In this document: one piece after another, positions 12,904 to 25,665 of the stretch
How positions within the stretch are numbered: position 1 is the stretch's first letter
Layout: each line of letters begins with the position of its first letter
From: Octopus sinensis
Taxonomy: Eukaryota
Direction of reading: 5' to 3'
Length of the DNA: 64,000 nucleotides
Assembly: GCF_006345805.1 (NCBI RefSeq)
Contig: NC_043022.1
Location: 12,338,001 to 12,402,000 of the forward strand
Notes under the pieces: generated by a model
The model's database searches: none
Told to the model about the DNA's origin: nothing
Seen by the model: the letters and a program-made list of their open reading frames with translations, nothing else
Position numbers and translations under genes: made by a program

Positions 12904-13320
12904 TGAGAGAGAGAGAGAGAGCGAGAAGAGAGAGAGAGACAAGAGAGAGCGAGAGAGAGAGAGAGAGAGAGAAAAGAGCGAGAGAGAGAGAGAGAGAGAA
13001 AAGAGCGAGAGAGAGAGAAGAGAGAGAGAGAGTGAGAGAGAGAAGAGAGGGAAAGAAGAGAGAGAGAGAGAGAGACAGCGAGAGAGAGAGAAGAGAGAGA
13101 GAGTGAGAGAGAGAGAAGAGAGGGAGATAAGAGAGAGAGAAGAGAGAGAGAAAGAAGAGAGAGAGAGTGAGAGAGAGAGAGAAGAGAGGGAGATAAGAGA
13201 GAGAGAGAGAGAGAGAGAGAGACAGCGAGAGAGAGTGAGAGAGAGAGAAGAGATAGAGAGTGAGAGAGAGAGAGAAGAGAGTGAGAGAGAGAGAAGATAA
13301 GAGAGTGAGAGACAGCTAGA
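12904..13320. repeat. Long (GA)n polypurine tract
   Basis: About 415 bp, almost purely A/G. Confidence 0.95.
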
Positions 13321-13609
13321 AGGAAAGAGTAGAGCGAATGAAATGTGTTCTGTAGTGTAGTGTAGTGTGTGTGCATGCGTGCGTATAAGAGAAAGAGAGA
13401 GTAATGTAGAGAAAGAGGCAAGAGCAGAGGAGTCAAGCAGATCTTGATTTTACAAATGAGGGAAAACAAGTATTCAATATATTACAATTTAGATCCTATT
13501 TACTTGTTTATGTTTTGTATATCTCATGCGGTGACATAATGAGATCAACCAGGCTGTTGGATGTTTTATGCATCACTCGTCCCGATGCAGTTTGCATCAT
13601 TAAAGATTC

Positions 13610-13795
13610 TACATGGTTTATGTTCTAACCAGCCAAATCTTGCCTTTCAGACCTACCCTACAATGTCCTTCTAAAAATAAGCAATATCGCATTACGAAAA
13701 CATCAAAGCTACAAGATCATACAGGATTAATTCAAAACATTTTGGATAAATAAGCATTACATTTGAGAGAGAAATCTGAATGTGTAACAGTTAAG
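13610..13795 (+). mobile_element. Degenerate MITE (same family as 24090-24300)
   Basis: cctacaatgtc.ttctaaaaa..aaagctacaagat..atgattaatt.aaa..aataagcattacatttga shared between the two copies. Confidence 0.55.
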
Positions 13796-14024
13796 CTTTT
13801 GAATGATGTCACCCTGATGGCTTGACAAGTAGGCCAAGATTCCTCCTGATCAGAAGGCTGGTCTGTGGCATGGTTACCCATCTGCAGTTGTGTGAACTGG
13901 GGCAATGTGAAATGAAGTGTTTTGCTCAAGAACAACGATGTGCTGCCCAGTCCAGGAATCAAACCTGTGATCTAGTGATTGTGCATGCTTAATATATGTA
14001 TGTAACCATTGATGTTGTTAAGGT

Positions 14025-14230
14025 GGATGGCTGGCAGAAATATTAGCATGCCGGGTGAAATGCTTAGTGGTATTTCGTCTGTCTTTACGTTCTGAGTTCA
14101 AATTCTGCCGAGGTCGACTTTGTCTTTCATCCTTTTGGAGTCAATAAATTAAGTACCAGTTGTGTACGGGTTCGATATAATCGACTGCCCACCCACCCCC
14201 TCTCCGAAAATTTTGGCCTTGTGCCTAGAG
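14025..14230 (+). mobile_element. SINE family A
   Basis: tggctggcagaaatattagcatgccgggtgaaatgcttag..gtcgactttgtctttcatcc..ggccttgtgcctagagta. Confidence 0.85.
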
Positions 14231-14364
14231 TACAAAGGAATGTATGTATGTATATGAAGGAATACTCAATACTTTTTAGTAGTGTACATGTTTATTCAAC
14301 TTTTACAAAGGAAGGGTTGACAGTGACTTTGAAATTTCAGCTTGCTCATCTTCATCATGTATGA

Positions 14365-14395
<31 letters not shown>

Positions 14396-14594
14396 CATGT
14401 GTGTATGCATGTGTGTGTGTATGCGTGTGTGTGTGCACATTTTGTGGACCCTCTCACCACTTTAATGAATGACAGTTCAGCAGAACAGTTGCACGCTACA
14501 CAGGAAGCATCTTGTTGAACAATACTCAACAGGATGAACAGATCAACCCCTGATCAGCTAAAACAAACCTAGGTTTTGATAGACTCCAGCACAG

Positions 14595-15010
14595 ACCAAA
14601 GTGTACCAGGCAGTAGTGCTTACCTCTCTCCTAAATGGCTGTGAAACATTGACACTCTACATACAATATATTAAATGGCCAAACTCATTCCATCTTCACC
14701 ACCTTCATTCAGTTTGAAACACCAGATGGCAGGATAAATCCCCAGCTCAGAGGTTCTTGAAAGATGTGACATTCTAGGCATAGAGACACCTTACCAAAAT
14801 GCAACTGAAGTGGCTTGGACATTTGGTATGCGTAGAAGACATTCACTCACCTCAAGGCCTCTATTCAGTGAGCTTAGCTCTGGTGCTTGGCACCAAGGCT
14901 GCCCACTGTTCCATTATAAGGATACTCTAAAGACATTCTGGAAAATCTGTAAGATTTACTTGAAGATATGGGAATCAGGAGCACTGAATAGAGACTAGAG
15001 GAAAAGCTCT
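14595..15010 (+). pseudogene. RTE/BovB-like LINE, 3' ORF remnant
   Basis: Hand translation gives TKVYQAVVLTSLLNGCETLTLY..FHL..RWQD..QLKWLGHLV..PLFSELSSG..YKDTLK..C..WE..ALNR, the canonical RTE post-RT motif order. Confidence 0.8.
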
Positions 15011-15234
15011 TATGAGCAAGCCTTGTCTAACTTTGAGGCAGTCAGGAATAACACCCTGAAGGAGAAAAGGATCGAGTGCAGAGCAGAGTCCAGTCTATCC
15101 CCAGGGGACAGAGATCCTTATTGCAATGTCTGTATTCAGATCTGCAAATCCTGATAGGCATGAATTTCCACATGAGACAACAACAACCCACTCCCTATGT
15201 ACAGTTAAAAATTGTCTAAAGTCGTAAGACGCTC

Positions 15235-15540
15235 CTGTCCTTGTACTGTCCACCATTCGTGTTTTTTATTTCTGTTTTTTATATATATTTTTGTTTCTTG
15301 TATTTATATTCGTGTGGCATCCTGTCTTTGTTCCGTATACATTCGACCGTCTTTCCAAGAAATCCATTGCCAGTGGGTTGGTTTTTCCTTGGGGCTGGCC
15401 GGGTCGGAGTAATATCGAGATTAAACAGCCAAAATTACTAAGATGATCCGGTTCCCGACTGAAGATTAGAGGCTTCGAGTGACCCGTCTGTTTTTTTGTG
15501 TCGTCTCCTTGTGTGTTTTTGCGTTCTTGTCCCACTTTGT
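15235..15540. mobile_element. Interspersed repeat, possibly Penelope pseudo-LTR-like
   Basis: T-rich body with a cgactgaagattagaggcttcgagtgacccgtc motif. The family assignment is from memory only. Confidence 0.3.
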
Positions 15541-15559
15541 AATTTATATTTTATATTTA

Positions 15560-15590
<31 letters not shown>

Positions 15591-15597
<7 letters not shown>

Positions 15598-15791
15598 GTA
15601 TATGATTAATTAATAAATTAATTTGTATCCATTAGATCTCTCTGTTTTCTAACTCAATAAAAATGTCTGGTATTTTACGATATTCTATATAATATATAGA
15701 TTAAAAGATTTTCTCTTCAAAATTTCATATATTAAACCAGTGTATCTTGGATAAATATCCCTATGAGAGATTTGAAAATCCACATTGTGAC

Positions 15792-15829
<38 letters not shown>

Positions 15830-16020
15830 GTATATGATTAATTAATAAATTAATTTGTATCCATTAGATCTCTCTGTTTTCTAACTCAATAAAAATGTCT
15901 GGTATTTTACGATATTCTATATAATATATAGATTAAAAGATTTTCTCTTCAAAATTTCATATATTAAACCAGTGTATCTTGGATAAATATCCCTATGAGA
16001 GATTTGAAAATCCACATTGT

Positions 16021-16025
<5 letters not shown>
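15591..16025. repeat. Exact tandem duplication (~203 bp unique sequence, period 232) bounded by (TA)n
   Basis: tacatatgtatatgattaattaat...ccacattgtgactat starts at 15591 and at 15823, with no differences seen. Confidence 0.9.
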
Positions 16026-16067
<42 letters not shown>

Positions 16068-16894
16068 CTGAAACATTCAATGAAGCAAACAAAACAAATA
16101 TGCCCAACTACAAACTTCCATTAATTCAATTTTTAAAATTCTACACAGAAATTTACAAATAAAGAAACTTCCTCTATTTTATGTGGGTTCCTTTTTTTTC
16201 CTTTACATTTACCACCACAGCTGCTGCTGCTGCAAGTACTGCAACTCCTGCTGCTGTTGCCTCTGTTGCTGCTTTTGCTGCACTCTACCATTAATTGGAG
16301 TATTTCATACAAAGACAGAGAGAACGAAAGAGAGAGAGAGAGAGAGAGAAATGGGAAGAGAGAGAAAGAGAGCAACAGTGTGTTTGCTCCGTTCCCCTTC
16401 CCCCAAACTCTCATCAATTTTCCACTCGGATGATTCTCAATCAAACATTCATCTGAGAAGACATTTGCTTCTGTGTTACTCGTTCTCATTTTAATTGCCA
16501 GAAATGCAAATTGCCATCTTTAGAAAATCTGTTCAGGTGGAACAGGAGCAGGCGGTGGGTGGGGGGGATGAAAGACTAACGAAGATTGACGGAAATTGAC
16601 GACGACGACGACGACAATGATGACATAAGAATACAGCGGGAATGGAAGGAGAGAGGAGTAGAGCGATGCAAGGCTGGAGGAATAGAGGAATGAAGGAATA
16701 TAAACGAAACAAAGATGAAGGAATAAAACTTAGAATGCATAAGATTACAACTTAAAAGACTCTACATGTGCATGAAGTGACATATACATTTAAGATATAT
16801 CATAAGATGAGATACCTCATAGACATTAATCTTATCTCATTTATCATTAACTGAGTTTTATTCATCTGGCTCTTAATTGATGTTCCTTTTGAAT

Positions 16895-17075
16895 AACATC
16901 ATCATCATCTAGCATCCATTTTCCATACTGGAATGGGCTGGATGGTTGGACAAGCCACAGAGCTGTGTCTTGTCACAATGTCAGCTTTAGCATGGTTTCT
17001 ATGGCTAGATGCCCTTCCTAAAGCTAACCACTTTACAGTGTGTACTGTGTTCTTTGCTTGTGGCACCAGCACTAG
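16895..17075 (-). mobile_element. SINE family C (GAT-tailed, 'ggaagggcatccagcc' family), degenerate
   Basis: catcatcatctagcatccattttccatactgg..gctagatgcccttcctaaagctaaccac. Confidence 0.7.
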
Positions 17076-18359
17076 TGGTGTCACCATGTAGCTTGCAAAA
17101 AAAAAGCCTTCTTGACTGAGCGTGAATGAGAGAGGAAGGTGGCTTTATGCCAAGTGTTGAAGGATCAAATATGATAGAAGGGCGTCCTGTTGAAACTTTT
17201 TTCTGGGTGAAAAGCTGAGTTCTATAATGGTTTTGTTACAGAACAGAAATGAATGAAAGAGAACGAGTTTAGAATTTTCTTCCTTACATTAGAATGCTCC
17301 TTGCTTCGTTCAAGATGAATGTAAATAAAGTTAGTACAATTTGTGTAATATCGTGTGTTTCAGAATTGGCCAACAGATGGAGTTCTGTGCAGTACTGTGT
17401 CATGCAGGCAGTTAAGAGCTGAAACACCTCACATGTGCTGTACTATCATTTTTATTGGTTACTTCGTCTTTTGATGAAAGATATTCTTTGTTCAAAGTTA
17501 AATACAAACCTATATGCTTGACCGAGAAACACATTACAGCTATAGTTGTTACTGTTTAGCCCCAGGATAGCCATGCCCAAACATAGCTATAATCAAAGAT
17601 GTTCCAACAATGACCATCCTGCTGACATGGGGTATATAGGAACACATTACTCAATGTATTCATTTTTAAGATACTATGGTATAACACGAGGGAGATTTGG
17701 CTGCAGTTTTTAGTACGTTGTGTGACAGTCAAGGTCTCCCTCATTGGCTTGTTATGGATGTAGTTGGTTACACAGATGCGTTAAATTGGATTGAATCAAC
17801 CACGAGGAGCACGGTTATAGAGGGCCTTTTCCTCACTCATTCAATTCACTCTAGCCCAGTCAGATTCTGAACCAACCTTTCTGTTCACAATGACAGACAG
17901 GACATCAGTGGTTGGTATTTTATGCTGAAAAGTACACCCATGTCAGAAATTAAAGTGTTATACAAAACAGTTCTCTGTTTGTGATTTTAAATTAATTATG
18001 CCATGACAAAAAAATAGATCCTTCCGGACTCACCACACTCTCATTGTTAAATAGTTAATTCAGCCAAACACACGTCCATATTGAAAGTTTACAAACTTCA
18101 ATGATATGCTTGTGTTAACATGCCATGGGATTTAAATATTTTGGACAGCATTGAGTAAATATTTATTTAGTCCTGTTGTAAATATTTTAAAATCTTCACA
18201 CCAAATTTCACACAGAGCAGTGTTTTTTTTTCTGCTTTATCCATGACATATGATTTTGTTCAAATCTAATGAATTTAATAAGTGGCTTTTGTTGGCATCA
18301 GCCACAAATTTTGTATTCTCCAAACTGCTGGTCATTGTCAGGTCATCAGAATTGCTTAC

Positions 18360-18442
18360 CCTTTTGTCAGGTCTTGAAAAAGAATTTACTCCACTCAAGT
18401 TTATAAAGTATTGTGGTTTAACTTCAAGTTTATTTCCACACA
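18360..18442 (-). CDS. Weak candidate internal exon (xCGNKLEVKPQYFINLSGVNSFSRPDKR)
   Basis: Donor AGG|GTAAGC and acceptor TAGCAG with a poor pyrimidine tract. The frame stays open well past the donor. Confidence 0.17.
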
Positions 18443-18474
18443 CTGCTAATAGTATATTTATTCAACATGTGTAT

Positions 18475-18686
18475 GTAGCTGGTAGAATCGTTAGCACACC
18501 GGGCAAAATGCTTAGCAGTATTTCGTCTGCGGTTACGTTCTGAGTTCAAATTCCACCGAGGTCGACTTTGCCTTTCATCCTTTCAGGGTTGATTAAATAA
18601 GTACCAGTTACGCACTGGGGTAACTATAATTGACTTAATCCGTTTGTCCCCTCTGTGTTTAGCCCCTTGTGGGTAGTAAAGAAATA
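18475..18686 (+). mobile_element. SINE family A
   Basis: Head, core and tail all present. Confidence 0.85.
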
Positions 18687-18969
18687 GTAAATTTATTTAC
18701 ATACTTAGTAACACACACACACACACACACACACAATCAGCAGCCTCATTTTAACATCCACTTTTTGCACTGGTCAGATGAAGTTTAGTTGGGAATATTT
18801 TCTATTGCCTGGTGCTCTTCCCGCTGCCAACCCTCATTCGTTTCCAAGGTGATATTTACCCATGGCCAGACATGTTTTCCCAGACTATCGGTAATGAATG
18901 ATATTCTTTGTATAATAGTGACACACTTGTACGACTATCACGAGGTGTCAAGACAAGAAGACACAAACA

Positions 18970-19300
18970 TATACTCTTTTACTTGTTTCAGTCATTTGAC
19001 TGTGGCCAAGCTGGAGCACCGCCTTTAGTCGAGCAGATCGACCCCAGGACTTATTCTTTGTAAGTCTAGTACTTATTCTATCAGTCACTTTTACCGAACC
19101 GCTAAGTTACGGGGAAATGTTCAAATTCACAATCTACAAGCTTTTCCCAGTTACTTGTCCACCAAATCCACCTACAAGGCTTTGGTCAGCCCAGGGCCTA
19201 TATTAAACGACACTTGCGCAAGCTGTCTTGCAGCAGCACTGAACTCAAAACCATGTGGTTTGGAAGCGAACTTCTTAGCCACACAGCCTCACCTGCACCT
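18970..19300 (-). mobile_element. SINE family B, internally deleted
   Basis: tttcagtcatttgactgtggccaagctggagcaccgcc..caaggctttggtcagccc..gccacacagcctcacctgcac. Confidence 0.75.
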
Positions 19301-19354
19301 ATGTATTTATATATATATGTGTGTGTGTATGTATGTATGAGTTATACTCTCTCT

Positions 19355-19765
19355 CTTTTACTCTTTTATTTGTTTCAGTCATTTGACTGCGGCCATGCTG
19401 GAGCACCGCCTTTAGTCGAGCAAATCGACCCCAGGACTTATTCTTTGTAAGCCCAGTACTTATTCTATCGGTCTATTTTGCCGAACCGCTAAGTGACAGG
19501 AACGTAAACACACCAGCATTGGTTGTCAAGCAATGCTAGGGGGACAAACACAGACACACAAACATATACACAGACACATATATATATATATACATATAAT
19601 ACGACAGGCTTCTTTCAGTTTCCATCTACCAAATCCACTCACAAGGCTTTGGTCAGCCCGAGGCTCTAGCAGAAGACACTTGCCCAAGGTGCCACGCAGT
19701 GGGACTGAACCCGGAACCATGTGGTTGGTAAGCAAGCTACTTACCACACAGCCACTCCTGCACCT
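19355..19765 (-). mobile_element. SINE family B, full length with internal microsatellite
   Basis: From the tail actcttttatttgtttcagtc to the head ttaccacacagccactcctgcac. Confidence 0.9.
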
Positions 19766-20306
19766 ATGTATATATATATATATATGTGTGTGTGTGTATG
19801 TATGTATGAGTTATGGTATATTTAAATGTTTTATCACAATGTACTCTGTTATTTAAGTGTTCGTGTTATCATATCTTTCATTCTTGTCTTTGCTCCTGTG
19901 TGGCTATTAAACAAGACATTATGGTTATCATTGATGTTGTTTTTGTTGTTGTTGTTGTTGCTGTTGTTGTTGTTTGTGCTGTTGCTTGTGTTGTAGTTGC
20001 TTCTATCGATTTCTCCGATGATTGTGATTTCTCTTTCTCTCTTCACTTCCTTCTAAAATTTGACGTGAGTCAACTTTATTTTCATTCACTTAGATCAAAG
20101 ACTTCCGATTGATGGGAGAGAAAGTGAGATAGGGGAAGAGGGAGGGAGGGAGAGAGAGAGAGAACGAGAAGAGAGGAGGGTGGAATAAGATGGGGAGGGA
20201 GAAAGGTTGAGGGATAGTGGAAAAAGGGAGAAAGAGAGAGGAAGAGAGAGAAGTTTTCTGATGCATTCTGCCATCAGATGGTTCTTTGTAGAGATGAATA
20301 CAGCAG

Positions 20307-20354
<48 letters not shown>

Positions 20355-20699
20355 TTCTCTCTCTTTCTCTCGCTCTCACCTTTCTCTGTCTCTCTTTCTT
20401 CTTTCTTCTGTGTATGTCTATGTCTCTTTATATGTCCTGCATTCTGTATCTTCTTCTCTCTGTCTGCCTCTCTCTCTCTTCCATGTGTTTGCTACTCTCA
20501 TTCTTTTTCTTTCCTTTCTCTTCTCTTTTCTTCCTCCCTCTCTCTCCCTCTTACCTTTTTATCTCTCCTCTCTCTTTTACGTTTTTTCCTTATCTCCTCT
20601 CCCTTTCTCCCTCTTCTCCCCCTCTCTCTCCCTCTTCTCTGTCTACCTCTCATGTGTGCATGTATTTGTCTGTGTGTGTGTCTGTATGTTGTGGTACAC

Positions 20700-20744
<45 letters not shown>

Positions 20745-21097
20745 CTTCTCCCTCCCTACCTGTCTGTCTGTCAGTCTGTCTCTGTTCTCCGACCCTCACT
20801 TCTCTCTTTTTTTGTTTCACTCCTTCTGCAACCAAATTACACAAATGTTTGTCTGTCTGGCTTTCATGTATTCGAGACGCACATATGCACATTCCCCCTC
20901 TCCATTCTGCTCTACATCCACCCCATACTACCTCCAGACTAAATTATACTAATGTCTTTTAATATGTGACATTCCGTGGCATATTTAATAAACGAATAAA
21001 TAAACCAAATAAAATAAATCAAAGAGAAACGAAAATAATTTTAAGACAAAAATTTTTTGTTTTTTTGGTAACAATAATATGAATGGAATATTTTTAC

Positions 21098-21136
21098 CAT
21101 TTCATGGCACCAGCAACAAATAGCACCAGCAGCAAG
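21098..21136 (-). CDS. Candidate 39-nt in-frame exon (LAAGAICCWCHEM)
   Basis: Acceptor aatttatttctacAG and donor ATG|GTAAAA; phase 0-0; non-repetitive sequence. No homology was recognised. Confidence 0.27.
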
Positions 21137-21989
21137 CTGTAGAAATAAATTTCATTCACTTTTCCTACATTACAAAAAAACAACTGGAATATTTCAAACA
21201 GATTATTACAGATCGAATTGGTCTTTTTATGCCGTAGAGTCAGAACTTTCTGGAACTTCAAAACAAACAAGAAAAAAAAACAAAAAAACAATAGCAAAAA
21301 TCTTGCTGGAGCTTTGTATTACTAATACTATCTACTTACTGGTATTTTGGTTTAAAATTCGGTTTACTGATTCAGTTTATATTTTAAGCTTTTTGCTATT
21401 AGATGATGTGATATCGTTCTTTTGTTCACACTAACATGGTTTTATACATACATACCCACATGTAATATTTTATTTGTGTGTGTGTGTGTATGTGTGTGTG
21501 TGTGGCTAATAAGGAAATTATCATAACATACTAAAATGGCCTGTCAGCAATAATATTCTCCTAATTCTTTGATTATTTCCTTCTATTTGAAAAAGGGAAT
21601 CTTTCCCGAAATATTATACAATCATTAAACAACTTACACAGAGTAATGGTATATTTTTTACCACTGTTTTCATTTATTGACATCACTTTACATATTTTCC
21701 TGAAAGAAATTATTAGCATTTAATATTTTCTGATGTTTTACAGGATTGGTTTTATGTCAGGTTTCATTATATTTCCTATTGAACCACAAACTTATAGTCT
21801 AAAATAAAGAACATTTTGTGTCTTTTGAAGAAAAATTTTTTTCTGCTCCACATATCTGTTTTTACATTACAGTTGAGGACTTTTTAGATAATTGTTGCTG
21901 AACCTAATATATGCTTTCTACATTGCATCTACTCTCAGGTTAAGTCATGTTTTTTTTTAAGGTTTGTTCTCAGATTTTTTGTTATTGTT

Positions 21990-22400
21990 CCAAAGGCTCC
22001 TATAAAGATTAGGAGTATCATGACCCTGGTAACTCTTTTGTTCCAGCACTTGAGGATTTCATATTTCAAGTTGGTGTAATTAATGTTCTGCATTTTCTTT
22101 CTACTTTCTTTCTACTCTGGTGTCAAATATGCACGCCACATTGGTTGTAGTGAAATAGCTTCTTCCTGTCAATGACTTAAATATCTGCCCTGTTGCATTC
22201 TATTCCTTTGGTTTCTATTGGGAAGTCCCTCAACCTCTCTTCATTATTTTCAAGAGCATGCATTTCTATTCACACAATATGGTTAAAACTATTTTCTGTG
22301 CACGCAGAAGCAAATTTCCTGTAAAAATCCCAGCGTATTATGGCAGAAATCTCATCGTGCCTACACATTTTATACTTATGTAAAAGTACATGCCTGAAAA
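21990..22400 (-). pseudogene. RLE-type (R4/NeSL-like) non-LTR retrotransposon C-terminal remnant
   Basis: YKMCRHDEISAIIRW (post-CCHC RHD/RHN motif), DFPIET..NRADI*VID (PD motif), VACIFDTRVERK and P..IGAFG motifs appear in RLE order. Confidence 0.7.
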
Positions 22401-22965
22401 AGCATGCAAAGGAAAAGAAAAAAAAAAAATAACAAAGAAAGAAAAGTGTACAATGAAGCTTAATACAGTAAAGGAATAAACGGAAGAGAAACTGGCTTTT
22501 CAGGTGATACCCTTTATCAATGAAGAGGAAAAAATGAGTTGGGAAAAGAATCAAGATGCAAGAGAAAGAGCAAAAAATGTATGATATCAACAAAAAAAAA
22601 GACATTTGTTCACATGGTTTGTTTGTTTGTTTGTGTGTATGTGTGTGTGTGTGTATGTATGTGTGTGTGTGTGTGTGTGTGTGTATGTTTGTGTGGTGTG
22701 TGTGTGTATGTATGCATGCATGCACGCACGCACACATGTTTCAGAAAGCTAACCACCATAAATCTTGTGAACCTAACTGCCCTGTTTATGCAACAAACGC
22801 AGCTGGCTTACTTCATCAGCATTATTAGCAAAAAAAATACAATGCAAAAAAAAGATGCAGGCCCTTCTATACACCTCTGTCCAAATAAGTATAGTTCGGT
22901 TATCATAAGAGAATAGATGGAGAAGGAAGTAAGGGGATAAGAGAACTTGAGAGATGAAGTGTGTA

Positions 22966-23342
22966 CACTACCGTCAGAAATTAATTATCACCCTTGATTT
23001 GCTCTTCACTCAAGGTATGTGCTGTCACCTAGTGGCCATATCTCGAACTATTGCTTTGTTGCGAGTTCACTGTTGCGCAGAACGATGACGTAACTTTGTT
23101 TGCAGAGCGGTTTGAGAGTCTACAGCCTTATGATGTTGACATAGCAGTGCAACAACTTGGAGTTCGGATGCAGACAAATCTTCCTTTGTTTAATAGATAT
23201 AGGTAGCGCCTCGCAAGTACCGAAATCACACCATACTAAGTTTTCTCATCACGTAAGACGTTTTGAACAGCTCATAGGTTAATTGATTTAACCTATTTAA
23301 TGTAGAAATTTGAGAAGTGCTAATTAATTTCTGATGCAAGTG
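22966..23342. mobile_element. Tc1/mariner-type MITE
   Basis: TA|CACTACCGTCAGAAATTAATTA ... TAATTAATTTCTGATGCAAGTG|TA; 22-bp TIR with a few mismatches and a TA TSD. Confidence 0.7.
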
Positions 23343-24089
23343 TATGTGTGTGTGTGTGTGAGAAAGGAAACAGAAAGAAAGAAGCTTGGTGAACCAGAAG
23401 CACATGAAATAGAGCTCAATCATATTTGAATGATGTCACATCGCATCAGTGTGACATCAGAGTCCTAGTACGATGTTTGTAGATTGCCTCAAACAGGTTT
23501 GGAAATCAAAAGGAAACCAGGAAATATCATCAAGAGCGAACGGCTGAACTGAGAAACTCTGTGAACAACCGTAATGAGACGGAAATATATATAAAATCTT
23601 TTATTAATGACTGGTAGATAAATTGATAAATTATCTCAGTTAACGAATAGTCTTGGTTAATCTAATTAGTGAACGCGGTAATTAAAGACATAAAACAAGA
23701 CCATAATTTTAGATAAGCAAATATCTTCTACATGATTACTAATTAATTCACTAATCAACATCATTTTATTGATTAATGATTGGTTTATAAAGTCTGGATG
23801 ATGATCTATCATTATTAATTTTGGACTGGTCGGTTATCATTTTTTGATATCAGCAAATTTTAGATATAACATATTTCTTTTGCTCTCCTTTTTAGTCAGT
23901 AGACTGTGGCCATACTGGAGTACACCTTTGAAGAGTTTTAGTTATTATGTATGTTATTTATTTATTTCAACTCTTAAAACATGGAACTAATTCTATCTCT
24001 ATTGAGTTAGAATTTGTAAATATGTTCCTGTGGGGGGAGAATGGAACAAGTTGTTGTTGTTGTTGTTGTTGTTCAACCCTTTATCATTT

Positions 24090-24300
24090 GAACTGGTCAG
24101 ATGTGGCCCAGATATTCTACCTATTTCATATTCAAACTGACCAGCTCCAGCCTTTTGCACCTACCATACAATGTCATTCTAAAAAGGAAGAATCACACCC
24201 TCGAAATCTCAAAGCTACAAGATGATGCATGATTAATTTAAAGTAATGTGAATAAACAAGCATTACATTTGACTGAATGATCTGAATTCTAAAGGGTCAA
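24090..24300 (+). mobile_element. MITE, TTAA/piggyBac-like family
   Basis: caaccctttatcatt...aattctaaagggtcaa; degenerate TIR (t)taacccttt/aaagggtt(a)a. Confidence 0.55.
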
Positions 24301-24599
24301 ACCGTGCACCCTTCCATTTAGATCAGCCTTGATCTAGCAGACCTGTGATTAAAAGTGTTCCAGCTATGGCCATTCCATATATTTCATTTTTAAACATAAA
24401 GCATTGGACTTGACTGTATCAAATGTAACCTTCCACTTTTTTTTTTTTTTAAAAGACATTAAGGTATAATTTGAGGGAGATTTGACTGATATTTCTAACA
24501 GATGAAGTGGTTGCTTAGATACTATTTAATTGCTCTGTAACAATAACAATGCTTCAAAAGGAAAATCAAGCTGATGCCTGCTCTGGATTATGGGGATAG

Positions 24600-24830
24600 A
24601 ATTGAAAGTAGCGCTAAATGGTTAGGGCTTCTACTGTGGTCAAAGATCTCAAGGGGAAGATGGGGGTTGACATGTTCCCCCAGAGATATCAGAACGCCAA
24701 ACTATTTTCCCTTTGGTTCCACTGCTTGCAATGGTAAATTATTCCAACTTGTGGTCCCTGTGAATGGAGTCTAATTGGTGAGAAATTGAGTGCTGTTGTC
24801 ATGGAAACAGAAACTAATGTTTGGGCATTG
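24600..24830 (-). pseudogene. CR1/L2-like LINE 3' remnant
   Basis: SF..T..WNNLP..V motif in the minus frame. Confidence 0.35.
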
Positions 24831-25665
24831 TGTTGGCTTTTCAAAACCTTTTATGTGCAACACAAACACTCATTAGACAATATTTAGAGTAAGAAGCCAA
24901 CATCCCTATTGAAGCAAGTTTGGGTTTAAAGTAGAAGAATATTAATATAAACTGTGTAATAATATACTGTGCAGCTCCATTTATAAATGAATCCTGCACA
25001 TCAATAAAAAAATACAACATAATTATGCAACAGATATGCTTGTCAAAGAGAAGTGAGCTGATATCACATTGCAGACATTAATGTAAATATCTTGACTACA
25101 TCATTAACCTCAACTATGTAAAAGGGAGGTAAGTGAACTCTGCTGAGAATTAAGAAAGGTAAAACTAGCTGAATAAGCCTCAATTTTAATTGGTGAAACT
25201 TGTGTGGGGTGGGTTATTTAAGGCTGATATTCCCACGCTGAGTTTATATACTTTTTATTAAGCTGATTGTATATAATTTCTGTATATATATACATATTCA
25301 GAATCATGCTGTGTTGGTATGTATCATCATCATCATTAGCATCATCATTTAACATCCTTTTACTTGTTTCATTCATTGGACTGTGGCCATTCTGGGGCAC
25401 TGCCTTGAATGGTTTCATTGAACAGCTGAATCACAAAGTTAGCAGGGCACAAACAAACCAACCCCTATTGTTAAATGGTAGGGGCAAACGAACACAAAGC
25501 TACACTTTCACATACATATATACAATAACCTTCCCCACAGTTTCCATCTTCCAAATTCACTCACAAGGCATTAGTTGGCCCAGGGATTTTTACCCAAAGT
25601 GCAACTCAAGGAAACTGAACTCAGAAGCTACATGGTTTTGAAGTGAACTTCTTAACGGCACAACC

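Noticed and set aside
15455-15490. CTGAAGA..CGA motif as a hammerhead
   Set aside because: GAAA is absent and the helices cannot be drawn convincingly.
22501-22580. Plus-strand exon-like frame VIPFINEEEKMSWEKNQDARERAKN
   Set aside because: The pyrimidine tract is short, the donor is weak, it lies in purine-rich sequence adjoining a minus-strand LINE remnant, and no partner exons were found.
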